Source: Octopus bimaculoides
Taxonomy: Eukaryota
Direction: 5' to 3'
Assembly (NCBI RefSeq): GCF_001194135.2
Contig: NC_068984.1
Coordinates: 141,326,946-141,390,945 of the forward strand
DNA: 64,000 nucleotides
Every line of letters starts with the position of its first letter. Within the stretch, counting starts at the first letter, position 1. The notes beneath the pieces were generated by a model, which was not told where the DNA came from, made no database searches, and saw only the letters and a program-made list of their open reading frames with translations. Below, piece after piece: positions 1 to 12,672 of the stretch. The position numbers and the translations under genes are program-made.

Positions 1-684
1 GCAGGAGAAATGTGGGTGGGGAAGGGACCTGGTCTAAAGGTATTTGCAACTAAGTGGACTCTACTGTGGACCAAGTCTACAGGTCTGAGACGTTTAAAGG
101 ACCAGTTGATGGTGGTGTTAAACTGGAGACTATATATAAATTATAGTCCAGTATATAAATTATAAATTATTCTAGATAACAGACAAGTCAAGCTATGTAG
201 CTGATGCTTGATTCCTCTTCCTCCCACCACTACCCTTAGCACTACTCTCCACTCCTACCAAACCATCTCAGTTATTCAGGTTTATAAAATTATTTTAACC
301 CCTTCCCCTTTGGTTTAATAGATTTATATTATCTATTAGAAGCAATGTAACAATCTGCTGCTATTTCAAGAATTTTGCTACATCAACTTTGGCACCAAAC
401 TCAGTTTTAATGACAGTTAACTAATACAGCTTGTCCTTGGGATATTTCTTCCGGTCATTATTGTAAATTAGTGTTTTGTCCATTTTGGAAGAGGGCTGGC
501 AGAGTTTCTAGAGAGGAGTGTTTTTTGTGGAGCAGGAAGATGTTTATTAAAACAAAATTAGCTTCATGGTATTGGAATAATACTTACGTTATTGGAAAAT
601 GTGTTGCTGGAAATATTATTGGATGTGTAGTAGTAGTAGTGGTAGGAATTTTTTTTTTATTTATGCGCCCTTTTAAAGCCTAGC

Positions 685-830
685 CAGGCTCATGGACCCG
701 GTTTCTTGGTTTCTATGACATATGTGTTCCCCCCAGCTGGACGGGATGCTAGTCCATCGCAGCGTTACTCAAGGAACAGGAAGAAAGAGTGAGAAAAAGT
801 TGGGGCGAAAGAGTACAACAGGGGTCGCCA
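685..830 (-). mobile_element. SINE-type repeat fragment with conserved central core, joined to another repeat
   Basis: Contains CTGGACGGGATGCTAGTCCATCGCAG. A diverged reverse complement of this core occurs in the tRNA-headed element at 48110-48295. Confidence 0.5.
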
Positions 831-1261
831 CTTTAGTTTGGCATGATTTTTTTTTTTTTTCACTCCAGAAATTCTGTGTATGTATTTCGAAGAATTTCTG
901 ACTAAAAATGTTTCCAATTTATTAAAAATCTTCTAATTAAATATATGCTGGAGAAATTCATTAATGTTTATTTTCACTTTTGAGATAAATATTACCAGAT
1001 TCCAATGTGTTGATGAGTTTGATTAGATCTGAGTATATTTTCTCAAAGAGAGAGACCGAATCTATGTAATGTAGCTAAAGAGATTCTTTGCCTGATATCA
1101 AGGTTGTAATTAAACTCTTATAATTCTGATGTGTTCTAGTGTCACTGTCATCATTATCATCACACTCTCCTCCTCACCGCCACCACCACCAACAACAACA
1201 GCAACAACAACACCATATGTGTTGCTTCAGTTGGCCAGGTCGTCTCCAGTTTTCTGTTTTG

Positions 1262-1745
1262 CTGTTTGTTTCATTTCTCTGTCATTTCCCTCCTGCGTCT
1301 GGTTTTTGTCACATCTTACCATTCCTTCCTCTTCGGCATGATCCATTCCTTCAGATTGCTAGCCACTGCTTTACCCGACTGCCATCATCCAATATGCAAC
1401 ACTAGTCTAGTTTTTTTTTTCACACATTTTATCTGGTTCCTCTTATATCCACTTTTTTTTTCTTCCTTCATTTCTACTCTATCGACATCCTGCTAAGCAT
1501 GCTCACCTCATTTCATTCCAACCATCAAACATCCTCCATATTTCGTGCCTATCTTTTCTGTTATGCAACATTGAACATATACAAAGCATCATGCAATCTC
1601 CTGTTCACTTTCTGAGTGAAGGGAAGATTTTATGATACTTGTATATGTTGCCAGCAGAAGTAAAAGCTCCCTCAACTTTATCCGCTTCATCTACACTTTA
1701 GTTATTTCGCCTCCATTAATATTCTTTTCACCCTCTTCAGTTTTT
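1262..1745 (-). mobile_element. Decayed RTE-clade LINE ORF C-terminal fragment
   Basis: Minus-strand frames give SLRK..., LE*NEVSMLSRM and RKEW*DVTK, resembling the RTE C-terminal LERNExSMLRWM and RPRKTWxEVV motifs. Multiple stops and frameshifts. Confidence 0.6.
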
Positions 1746-2004
1746 TTTAATGGCTCATGTTATAAAAGGAATGGTAGTGCAGATGACCATTTTAGGAATT
1801 CTGGTAGTTGGAAGGAAAGAAGTTGTTATCAAACTGGAGATTTGGCCCAAATGCTACACCCGTGGGCCAGGTGTTGGTATTAAATAGTGACAGATTAAAT
1901 TAGTATTTCATGATAATTACTTCTGTCATTAACCCTATATTGATGGAGTTTGAATAACAATGATGTTGTGTTACATGTTGAACTTTAAAAAAGTCTTACA
2001 TATA

Positions 2005-2170
2005 GGTGCAGAAGTGGCTGTGTGGTAAGTAGCTTGCTTACCAGCCACATGGTCCCGGGTTCAGTCCCACTGCATGGAACCTTGGACAATTGTCTTCTCC
2101 TATAGCCTTGGGCTGACCAGAGCCTTGTGAGTGGATTTGGTAGACGGAAACTGAAAGAAGCCCGTTGCAT
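2005..2170 (+). mobile_element. tRNA-derived SINE family A (head GTGGCTGTGTGGTAAG...GGTTCAGTCCC), 5' half
   Basis: A-box/B-box-like head, body ending GAAACTGAAAGAAGCCC, then a TA/TG microsatellite. Further + copies near 19377, 27298, 36603, 41258, 49187 and 58722; a - copy near 36098-36215. Confidence 0.85.
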
Positions 2171-2440
2171 ATTTATATATGTGTATATTGTGTTTGTATA
2201 TATTGTCCAATGAATGCAGGCATCGAAAAGTGTAAGGTAATTATGACTTGCTAGAAATAGCTGCAGGTTATCATTTTTCTCAAATTATTTCCATCTTCAA
2301 AATAAAAGCATGATATAATAAATAATGTGGTCCATGATAGACTATGGCTAAAAAGACCTAAAAACAGGGTAGTCAAGGCTGGAATACATTCGACAATAAT
2401 GTATGTCAGATCAGGACTAAATGGCAATAGCATGGTTATA

Positions 2441-2566
2441 GGAGATTGTATCAAAAGGTTCCTGAACTAGTTAGGTCACTGCTAGCTCTCACTGCGCATG
2501 TAACCATGTGTTGCCATCTGTTGGTGCGTTACAGAACTAGTCCAGGAACTTTTTGGTACCACTTCA
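2441..2566. mobile_element. Tc1/mariner-type MITE
   Basis: Imperfect TIRs of about 33 bp (..GTATCAAAAGGTTCCTGAACTAGTT / AACTAGTCCAGGAACTTTTTGGTAC..) flanked by TA at 2439-2440 and 2567-2568. Confidence 0.7.
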
Positions 2567-2862
2567 TAAAAACCAGGACATTGATATTTTTGGCCCAGAG
2601 CTAAAGGTACTGTACAGTGGGACTGAACCTGAAACTGTGAGATTTCAAAATGAACTTAACCGCATAGCGTTTCCCATACCTAAAGTTTAATATTTTGGTA
2701 GAAAAATTGATTTTTTTTTTTAACCCAACAAACTGCAATTACAGGAAGTAAGATCCAAAAGATCCAAATTCTCCTTCAGTATTCTCCAATTGTCATTGTT
2801 ACAGACCTACTTTTCGTTTTTTCATTCATCATTGATTTGGTTTTGCTTTTGTTTCATTGCAG

Positions 2863-3007
2863 ACATTTCAAAAAATCGTTTCACAGAAATTCCAGAAGAA
2901 ATTGGAGAGTATGCGTCATTAGAAAGATTAAATTGTTACCATAATTTGATCCGGTCTATTCCAGAAAATGTGGGCCATTTACAAGTATTAACACATCTCA
3001 ATTTGAG
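2863..3007 (+). CDS. LRCH: LRCH-family protein, internal coding exon A (LRR; probably exon 2)
   Basis: Pyrimidine tract plus CAG acceptor (AG 2861-2862) and GT donor at 3008; 145 nt, phase 1 to phase 2. Encodes (D)ISKNRFTEIPEEIGEYASLERLNCYHNLIRSIPENVGHLQVLTHLNL(S), matching from memory vertebrate LRCH1 DLSRNRLVEVP..SLEILNLYHNCIRVIPEAIVNLQMLTYLNLS. Confidence 0.93.
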
Positions 3008-3290
3008 GTAATTACCATTTTCTCATTATTCCTTTATTTGAAGTACCGTATCTCAGACTTTCGTGGCTCAGTGCCCTTTTGCTCAGTAGGGTTTCACAAA
3101 TACCTTCTTTACTGCTGCTGTGGAATAGTGCCTCTGTATTAAATTTTTATGGGAATTACTAAAGAATGTGAAGAGTTATTCAATGAAGTTGTTGTATTGA
3201 ACTGTTGATGTATCATCAGTTATGTTGCTGCTCAGCAATAACACAAATGCTCAGCATCATCATCATCATTAGATAATAATTATTATTAGA

Positions 3291-3985
3291 AAGGCGGCAA
3301 ACTGGCAGAAACATTAGCACGCCGGGCGATATGCTTAGCAGTTTTTCATCTGTCTTTATGTTCTGAGTTCAAACTCCGCCAAGGTCGACTTTGCTTTCAT
3401 CATTTTGGGGTCGATGAATTAAGTACCAGCTGCGTACTGGGGTAGATATAATCGACTGCCCCCTCCCTTCCTCAAAAATTTCAGGCCTTGTACCTAGAGT
3501 AGAAAAGATTATTATTATTAGAGCTGGCAGAATTGTTAGCTTACTGGACAGAATGCTTAGTAACATTTTGTCTGTCCTTATGTTCTGAGTTCAAATTCCA
3601 CCAAGGTCGACTTTGCCTTTCGTCCTTTCAGGGTCGATAAATTAAGTACCAGTGAAGCACTGGGGTCAATATAACCGACTAGTCCCCTCCCCACAAATTT
3701 GAGGCCTTGTCTCTAAAGTAGAAAAGATTATTATTATTAAAAAAGCAGTACGCTGGCAGACTCGCTTAGCATACTAGACAAAATGCTTAGCAGTATTTTG
3801 CCTGTCACAACAAGCTGGCACAACCGTTATCATTCCATACAAAATGCTTAACAGCATGCCTTCCAGTTTTCTGTCCTGAGTTCAAATTCCGCCAAGGTCA
3901 ACTTCACTTTTCATTGTTTCAGAATCGAAAAACTAATTGCCTGTTAAGTACTGGGATCGATGTAATTGACTAATTCCCTCCAATA
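3291..3985 (+). mobile_element. Head-to-tail array of SINE family B (head AAGGCGGCGAGCTGGCAGAA, (ATT)n tail)
   Basis: Units start at about 3291, 3521, 3742 and 3810. They share GTTCTGAGTTCAAATTCC(G/A)CCAAGGTC; the first two end AGTAGAAAAG(ATT)n. Other copies at 10071-10210(-), 12425-12640(-), 42410-42555(-), 60471-60687(+) and 62990-63095(-). Confidence 0.85.
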
Positions 3986-4323
3986 ATTATTATGTATTCG
4001 GATCATGACAAACAAATGAAATATCTTAACAAGGCCAGGTGGTTAAGAAGTTGGTTTTGGCAGTTTTTAACCACCAGTTGCTCAATGCTTTGTAGCTAGG
4101 TATGTATAGGGTGTTTGTTGTTCAATAGACATAGGAAGATGTTACCTTCCTTAGACAGACAAGAGTTGGCAATGGGAAGAGGTACCAATTGAAGAAGTAG
4201 CTGTCTCTATAAAGTGTCGTTGATAATCTATCTCATATTGGCACAGAATCGAACACTTCAAATTGAGGAGGAGAGTGAGAGAGAGAGTGACAGCGAGGCG
4301 CATGCACGCACACACACACACAT

Positions 4324-4364
<41 letters not shown>

Positions 4365-5269
4365 GTCTGTAAGTGGTCATTTTGACCTGTCAGGAATAGC
4401 AACTAAATTACCTACAAATCAATACTGCATAGTCTTAAAAGAGGTTGGAAACCATTAGATTATGTCAATGAAATTAGCTTTAAAAAAATAGTGGGGGGCA
4501 TGGCTAGATTGCCTTTAACCAGGGATCTGCTTGATTAAAGTTGACTTGAGCTTAACAGCAACTTAGCATTTCTTGTCTGTTGATTTTAGGGAGATGCTGT
4601 TTGAATAAGAATATTATTACTATCTAATTAAACTCTATTATTAATGATGAAACATCTAATGATGTTTGGCTAAATTAACCGGAATGTTTACAAATTAAAT
4701 CCCCAAACCTGGATTCTCCAACAAAATAGAAATGTCACTGGGTCATGTCTTTTATTGAATGGTTTTTGTTTTGTTTTAATTTAATTTGTAAAGTTTTGTT
4801 AAATACTTCAAAATTAAGCTGATTATTGTTTAAACCCCAGGCCTGCTCTAATTAAATTAGAACTACGATCAAAGTTATTCTAACTGAAACCATCCTGTTT
4901 TTTTTTTTTTCATTGGCACAGTGTACCCAGGACACACATACTCTCCAATGTGTTCTCTTTTTCTGAGTTTATTGGATGTGATTTGAAGGAAATTTAGGTT
5001 ACTATTTTTAGCAGATCAAATAATCATTTAGAGGCTTTCTTTATTGGCTTGAGGCTATTTAGTGAGATTTCAAAGTAGGCCCAAGGTTACGAGAATGAAA
5101 CTGAATTAGATTAGAATTTAGAAAATTTGGTGTCTGGACTCATTATCCAATCAATGATGGCCATTGTAAAACTGACAAAGATTGGTAATAACTTCTACTG
5201 AAAAACTTTAACTATGGAATCAATTACAATGTGATCGAAATCACATTACAATCGAAATTGTAATTGAAC

Positions 5270-5545
5270 CATATTGGATGACTGGCACTTGTGCCAGTGG
5301 AGCACTAACACCATTTTGAGCGTGGTCATTGCCAGTACCGCTTGACTGGCCCTTGTGCTGGTGGCACGTAAAAACACCCACTACACTCTCGGAGTGGTTG
5401 GCATTAGGAAGAGCATCCAGCTGTAGAAACTCTGCCAGATCAGATTGGAGCCTGGTGCAGCCATCTGGTTCCTCAGTTAAATCGTCCAACCCATGCTAGC
5501 ATGGAGAGCAGGCATTAAACGAGACGATGATGATGATGATAACGA
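5270..5545 (+). mobile_element. RTE 3'UTR-derived short element with (GAT)n tail
   Basis: CACCCACTACACTCTCGGAGTGGTTGGCATTAGGAAGAGCATCCAGCTGTAGAAAC...GCATTAAAC then (GAT)n. Same tail as the LINE at 24165-24879. Confidence 0.8.
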
Positions 5546-6245
5546 TCATCGCAATTAAATTAGGTATTGTCACCATTGACACCGCCCTCTCCCTTTTGTT
5601 GTCGCTAACCTTACTCTGACAATTGATGGTCTCATTTTTTTTTTCTCGAATCTTAAAATACAATCATCATTATATTTAACAGCACAATAAGCTTTCCCTT
5701 ACATTTTGCTGTTCAGTTTAATTATCCAGGAATTTCAATGTATATTATAAAGGGTCGTCAGAGTAAACTATAGACGTATGTGTGACAGCATCTATTGTTA
5801 ATTTGTGTGCAGTCACCTGACTGTATATATACAGCTAGGTCAGCTTTTGTTTCTCGTTAACAGAATGAATGAAATCACATCCACTGTAGTCATCTGCCCA
5901 CTTAATTAAGGCCAACACACTACTTAAATCCAATATACGGGGGTGGGCAAAAGTAGGTATACAATTTTTTTAGTATGAGTGGAATGTTTTTTTTTCTTTT
6001 CTCTATTTTTTTTTTAAACCCAAACAATTCATAAGTTGATTAAAGGGTCTGTAGAGGATGATGCTTAGTTCATTGGAAGCCCCTCTTTTTTTGATTTCTA
6101 GGGAAGCCCTCTTTTTTGATTTCTATACTTACCTTCGCCTACCCCTCTGTACATACACACAGGTTGTATATAATGTATATAGATGGTACATGCAGTCTAC
6201 ATACAGCATAGATAGAAGGGAGATGTGAGATAGGAAGAACGGTAA

Positions 6246-6351
6246 TGTAGGGGAGGGAGGTGGGGGTATGCGAGGTGTAGGGGAGGGAGGTGGGGGTATG
6301 CGAGGTGTAGGGAAGGGAGACGGGGGTATGTGAGGTGTAGGGGGAAGGGAG
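6246..6351 (+). repeat. G-rich 30-bp minisatellite, about 3.5 copies
   Basis: Unit TGTAGGGGAGGGAGGTGGGGGTATGCGAGG; the first two copies are identical. Confidence 0.85.
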
Positions 6352-6737
6352 GCTTGCTAGGTAACATACAAGATGTATACAGCAAAGAATGGGATTCAAG
6401 ACTGGACATGGCTGGTAAACAGTACATGTGAGGTGCATAAAAATACAGACTCTAATATGTTATAGTTGTGTAACATCTATTTTAGTATTTAGNNNNNNNN
6501 NNNNNNNNNNNNNNNNNCACCACCACCACCACCACCACCACGACCACCACCACCACTGCTTCCACTGTCGTCATTTGTCCACCTAATTATAATGTCAGTG
6601 GCCTCTGTTGTGAATGTCTTTCTTTAATTATTTTCAGATGTTAGCAATTGTGTGAACATCACGCCACATTCTTCTGAAATACGAATCATAAGAAATTTAT
6701 GGCAATGAATTAGCAGAATCATGAGATTCTGGTGCTG

Positions 6738-6920
6738 GTGCCACATTAAAAACACTGGTACTGGTGCCACTTTAAAAGCACTGGTGCCGCATTAAAAGCA
6801 CTGATGCTACATTAAAAGCACTGGTGCCACATTAAAAGTGCTTGTGTCACATTAAAAGTGTTGGTACCACATTAAAAGCACTGGTGCCACATTAAAAGCA
6901 CTGATGCCACATTCAAAGCA
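6738..6920 (+). repeat. 20-bp minisatellite (CCACATTAAAAGCACTGGTG)n, about 8-9 copies
   Basis: Tandem units visible directly. The unit resembles the GGTGCCAC..AAAAGCAC motif of the RTE 3'UTR. Confidence 0.85.
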
Positions 6921-7774
6921 GAAGATATTATTGGTATAAATCAACAGATTATCAAACTTAACAACTTGTATTTAGTTCCTCAAATTTGTGGATCTGTGCC
7001 TGTTTTAGAAATCATCCTTGCTAATTATTGTTCTTTATGCTAGTACAGTTTGCAAAATAGTTTAACCACTTTTTTTTTAATGCAATCCCTAATAATATTT
7101 GATTATAAAAAGATATGACTTTTTAAAACTTGGGATGGCTAGGCGGGTCCATCTGAGTGAAATAGGAATCAAAGAGATCCAAAATATAGTTGCGAAACAC
7201 TGATCTATGATGTATGGTTTTGGGGTTATTAGAACTCTTTTCAACAATTACTTGGGTTCTTTCAGGTGTAAATCCTTTCATAAAAGTTGGGTGGATATAT
7301 GATATATATATCACAATACTACTGTATGTGTCTGTCTTATTTTTTGTGTGTGTGTTTCTGCCTGTCAGTCTCTTGTGTGCTTGTCTGTCTGACACTGTGT
7401 CAATACGTGCATGTCCTGTTTTGTCTTTGTGTGTTTGCAGTCTGTGTGCACTTCTGTGTGTCTGTATGAGATTTTGTGTGTATATCTGACTTTCTATATC
7501 TCTCCAAATTGAATGTGATTGTGAGATAAGAAATTACCGTATAGTCAAGGAGGTGTGTACTTCTGCTAACCTCAGTATCCAATGTCAGCTACACAAGTGA
7601 AATTAGAGTGTTTAGTTCTTGGCTAATGTTAGCTGGGTTGCTGAGTACAAAGACAAAACACAACCTATGTACAATGAAGTGGAGTTAATAAGTTCTAGTG
7701 GTGGCCATGGAAAAGTCAAAAGATGGCCTTGTAGTGGTTTAATAAACTTCTTCTCTTACATTTGAGAAGCAGAA

Positions 7775-7813
<39 letters not shown>

Positions 7814-9812
7814 TACACACACTGCAGTCTGTGGCCTCATTTTGGCTTAATTTATTCTTTTACTTGTTTCAGTCATTTGACTGTGGCCATGATGCAGCAC
7901 CGCCTTTAGTCGAACAAATTGACCCCAGGACTTTCTCGTCATAGTACTTATTCTATCAGTTCATTTTGCTGAACCACTAAGTTACGGGGACATAAACACA
8001 TCAATTAAGAGAATTAGGTGAAAAAAGTCATTGGCATGAATTTATATAAAGCGCTCATTGCCATACACAGTTCTTTATTGAAATTTCTGTTTGATTTGGA
8101 AAACATTAATTAGTGGTTACAGAAGAGCAACGAACTCATCGTTAAGATTTCAACAACATATGTCTTGCTTACTTGGTTCACAATTTACCTAAGTACAACA
8201 CCTTCTCTCCTAAATTAGGGATAAATGTCATTCTGTTCTAATTAACTCTTTTACTGTAAAAATCTGACATATCCAATCAAAATTTCATTATCCTTAACTG
8301 TGGAAAGCAGTTTTATAAACCAATCTGTTTTTTTTTATTGTTGTTGTTGAGGAATGCCATGTTTGAAATTACTTTTTCTTGTGAAGCATCAAGTACTTTG
8401 AAGCAGTGTCACTTACAGAAAATACCAGTTCTATTTTTTCAGCAGCTATTTAACTTCATTACTGGTATAACTATGGAATTTTACCTTTGCAGCAGACTTA
8501 CCAGTTCCCTTGGAATTCTTTAAATTAATCTGTGTGGAATTAAGATCTTTACCTTGATGTCTGACATGGCAAGATTCTTCCATCTTGATTTTATGTCTGA
8601 CATGGCAAGATTCTTCCATCTTGATTAATTAACCCAAATATTACAAACAAATTAATTAATATAAACAAAATTACACTGCATACATTTATAAACACCATTT
8701 TGATATACATATTCACTCAGACATTCATATGTAGATATAAAGCAAATATTATAAGCTGTACCTTTTTTTTTGATAACTATAAAATTCTAGCCTCTGTGCA
8801 AAGTGGAGAAAATGGTTACACCAACAACAGTCACAGTTACTTTGGAGAATCTGGAGATTTATTGACAAGTACAATAGTGTTCTTGGAATAGTTTTAAACA
8901 ATAGAAAAGCTCAGTCACAACAGTTTGTAGTAATTGTATCTGTGTCTCTTCTTTATGATCCATTCACATCCATAATGCATGATGAGAGGTTGAGACAAGA
9001 ACTGCTTTTGTTCAGCAGATTTAATTTCATGTGGTCTGTTTTATTTCCTCAACATGAATTTCAGAACATGTCATGTTGAGCTCCACATCTGAATACAGAT
9101 TGTTCACCTTGGCAACCATCCACAAAGCCTTGAATAATGTTCCCTTTAGCAATTAATCCATCTTAAAAGATGCTTCTAATTTCTCCTGTGGCCTTTTGAG
9201 GCTGACTGTTTTAGCTGATTGGGCAGCTGTGTGAAATGGATACTAAGAACCCTTCACTATGGTTATTTCACTGCACCGTGTTGATGTAAGATTCACAGAA
9301 TCACACACACACACGCATGCACACACATGCATTTTTTCATCTTTGGTTACTGAGAATTCTTCTTCTTAAGCAGGGTTGAAATGTTGACTCTCTTCTATCA
9401 GCTTACATGTTCTCATAGCAGACATAGTTGCTGAAATGTAAATAAGTATGGTTAAGTAACAACACTTGCAATAAATGTATAGCCACACTGAAATATTAAT
9501 TGCGTGAGGGTAGTATAGGCTATTTAGAAAATTATGCACCATAAGGATAAGGCTGTAGTTTGTAGATGCAAGTGAATTTGATATCAAACTATTAATGAGT
9601 TAGTAACACTGTAATGGAGGCCACCTGCATGTAGTGGTTGAAGGTTCTGTGCTGTGTGCGCATATCATTTAAATCAGTGGTTTTCGAATAGGGTCCATAT
9701 AAGATTTTTCTGTTAAAAAATTATATGTAATAAACTGGTTATAAGCTATGCCTTATGCCCATGGGCACATGGCATAGTGGTTAAGAGCACGAACTACTAA
9801 CACCAAGTATTC

Positions 9813-10046
9813 CGCTCTTAAAAATTAAGTTTAAAAAAAAAACGGAAAAATAATCCAGAATCCTTGTCCACTACTGGATTGATCCCAAAATCTAATCAGT
9901 TCATGCCAGTCATAAGGACAAACATCCCTGAAAATTTCATCTGAATCCATCCAGCTGTTCTTGAGATATATCTTGTCCATGGACAAACAAACAAACAAAC
10001 AAACACGACTGAAAACAATACCTCCACCTTCGCTAAGGCGGAGGTA
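9813..10046 (-). mobile_element. Partial Helentron-associated (HINE-like) element, same family as 44612-45270
   Basis: Clearly homologous to 45050-45270. Has an (AAAC)n tract and the terminal hairpin ACCTCCACCTT-CGCT-AAGGCGGAGGT (10020-10045). Preceded by a tRNA-like head at about 9765-9812. Confidence 0.55.
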
Positions 10047-11041
10047 GTAGTAGTAGTAGTAATAATAATTCTTTCTACTATAGGCACAAGGCCTGAAATT
10101 TTGGGGAAGGGGACTAGTCGATTACATCAACCCCAGTGTTTCACTGGTACCTAATTTATCAATCCTGAAAGGATTACAGGCAAAGTGGACCTCAGAGGAA
10201 TTTGAATTCAGGAGGTGAGGTTAGTTGATGTCATTTTGACTCTAGTATTAGAATGGTACCTTCCCCCCCCNNNNNNNNNNNNNNNNNNNNNNNNNNNNNN
10301 NNNATCCGATGAAAGGTAGAGTGTTGACTGTGACAGGATTTGAACTCAGAAGGTAGAGAGCTTGAAGAAATACTACAAAACATTTTCCTGGTATTTCTTC
10401 TGAGTTGGGGGTCAATAAAATAAAGCCCCCGTAGAGTAACCAACCACTCCCCAAAAGTTTCTGATTTGGTGCCCATTTTGGAAACCTTATTATTAAAGTT
10501 TTCTAAGCAAAACTGTGTTTAGAGACTACAGTTTGCATTTGATTCTTGTTTGATACAAGTTTGCCTTCTTGGCAATCCTAACACTTGTAAGAAAGGCATG
10601 AACGCCACAGCCTCATAATTTATTTTCTAATTAGAACCTTCATGCCTTTTCAAAAGGCAGCCAATATAATTGTTATTGTAACTGTCCTGTGGCAGCAAGT
10701 ATATAATCCATTTAGCAAATCCACTGAGACACAAATTTATAGGGAAGAGGTATTGTTAATTAAATTGAACCAGGAGGGATGCAAGGTGAAGTTTAACCCC
10801 TGGGCTATCTGCAGCCAGAACATAAATGGACATGACTAAATATGGCCAGGCATTTATTAAGCCCAACAATCTACTTTCTTTCTTTCCTCTACCCACCACT
10901 CTTAATCCAATTACCAATAATATTCATATGACGATTAAGCTCTTATATCCAGACATTTTGTCTACTAATTAAGGCATCACCGATGGATAATTTTGAGGTT
11001 GGTTTGTCTAATTGACTTGAACATAAATGTCATCACACTCT

Positions 11042-11090
<49 letters not shown>

Positions 11091-11460
11091 CCCTTTTAGC
11101 CATCCGTTCATCTGGTCATTTATTTATCTATTTACTTAAAGTTCTGGCTAATAAACTGTTTATTGATGTTTAACATAATCCTCTTAAAAGTTCACCTTCA
11201 ATTAATTCTGAGTCAGTCTCCAGACATTTTAGCAAAGCATTTCTATGATTGATATGCTGGTTAGTTTCATCATTCATTAATATTCCTTGGGTGTTTTCCA
11301 TATTTGAAATTTCTTCCTAAAGAGATCTGACACTTATACATATTCCATTAAACTTTTGAATAAAGCACACAGCTACAATTTCTATATTGGTCTTGGGCAA
11401 GTGTTTTCTACTGTAACTTCCGGCCAACCAAAGCCTTGTGAGTGGATTTGGTAGACAGAG

Positions 11461-11494
<34 letters not shown>

Positions 11495-11754
11495 AGATCC
11501 TCTTCATTTAACATCTGCCTTCTATGCTGGCATGGGTTGGATGCTTTAATAGAGTCTGATGAGCTTAGAGGTCTGCATTGAGTTATAATGTCTGCTTTGG
11601 CATAGTTTCTATGGCTGGCAACCATTCCTAATACTATTTTACTGATTGTACTGGGTGCTTTTCTTGTGGCACTGGCACCAGTGACATCACCAAGTAACAC
11701 ACAAGACTAAATCCCCTTGACAGAGACCTTTACATCAACTAACAATAAGTTTTA

Positions 11755-12212
11755 AACTATTAACTACATATTCCAGATTGCTTTCTTCACTTCATTTTCG
11801 TTCCTTACAAATTATCAAACCTCTTCCGCCATATTTTCACGGGCAGGTGAACCCTATAAATATTTCTTTTCAGGTGTAATATCCCAATAGTTATCAATTT
11901 CTACACCTTTCTAACACCTTTTGCAGATTTTCTGTTCTTCCTTATTTTATTCGAGAATCCTTGCCTCATATCTCATTACTGATATCACTCATAGATTTCT
12001 TGCTAATATCATGCTTCTTCTGCCATTTAATTTTGTCTTTCACGCCAGCTTTAGTTTTCTCTGAAATATATTTTTTCAAATAGTTCTTTCCTTTCAATCT
12101 CTTTGATCTTGTCAGCTTCTAGTGTTCCTAAATACTTGTATCCATTTTCTTCAGCGTCCTTCATTACTTCTCCAAATGGTAACACTAATCCATCAACTGA
12201 CATCATTTTTTT
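11755..12212 (-). mobile_element. Decayed R4/Dong-like non-LTR retrotransposon RT fragment
   Basis: Minus strand reads KMMSVDGLVLPFGEVMKDAEENGYKYLGTLEADKIKEIERKE..., then KTKLNG.., VISVMRY and YGGRGLI. These match the R4-type YKYLGILEAD / KLNGxN / RYS / RKxGGRGL motifs (from memory). Confidence 0.65.
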
Positions 12213-12640
12213 CTTCTTTTCTTATGATGATGATGATGATGGATAATTTTGAGGTTGGTACTTGGGTGTTAAATATCTTGGAAGAAAACCCTGTGAATCC
12301 TTTGTTGTTGTCTGCTCTTACAGAATTAGCTGGAGCAAGTGAAATGAGAGAGCTGAGAAGCAAAATAATGATAATAATAATTAATAATAATAATAATAAT
12401 TGATAATAATTAATAATAATAATAATCCTTTCTACTGGAAGTACAAGGCCTCAAATTTGGGGCAAGGGATTAAGTCGATTACATTGACCCCAGTACGTAA
12501 CTGGTACTTATTTAATCGACTCTGAAAGGATGAAAGGCAAAGTCAACCTCGGCAGAATTTGAACTTAGAACATGAAGACGGATGAAATACTGCAAAGTAT
12601 TTTGCCAGGCGAGCTAACAGTTCTGCCAGCTCGCTGCCTA

Positions 12641-12672
<32 letters not shown>

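Noticed and set aside
6638-6712. ttttcAG|ATGTTAGCAATTGT resembling the DVSCN start of exon C (possible alternative exon)
   Set aside because: No LRR pattern beyond three residues, an in-frame stop soon after, no good donor, and it runs into repeat sequence.
6738-6920. Regularly spaced direct repeats as a CRISPR-like array
   Set aside because: The units are contiguous with no unique spacers, the context is eukaryotic, and there are no cas genes.
8557-8626. Perfect 34-bp tandem duplication (period 36); similar small duplication at 27545-27582
   Set aside because: Ordinary slippage duplications with no further structure.
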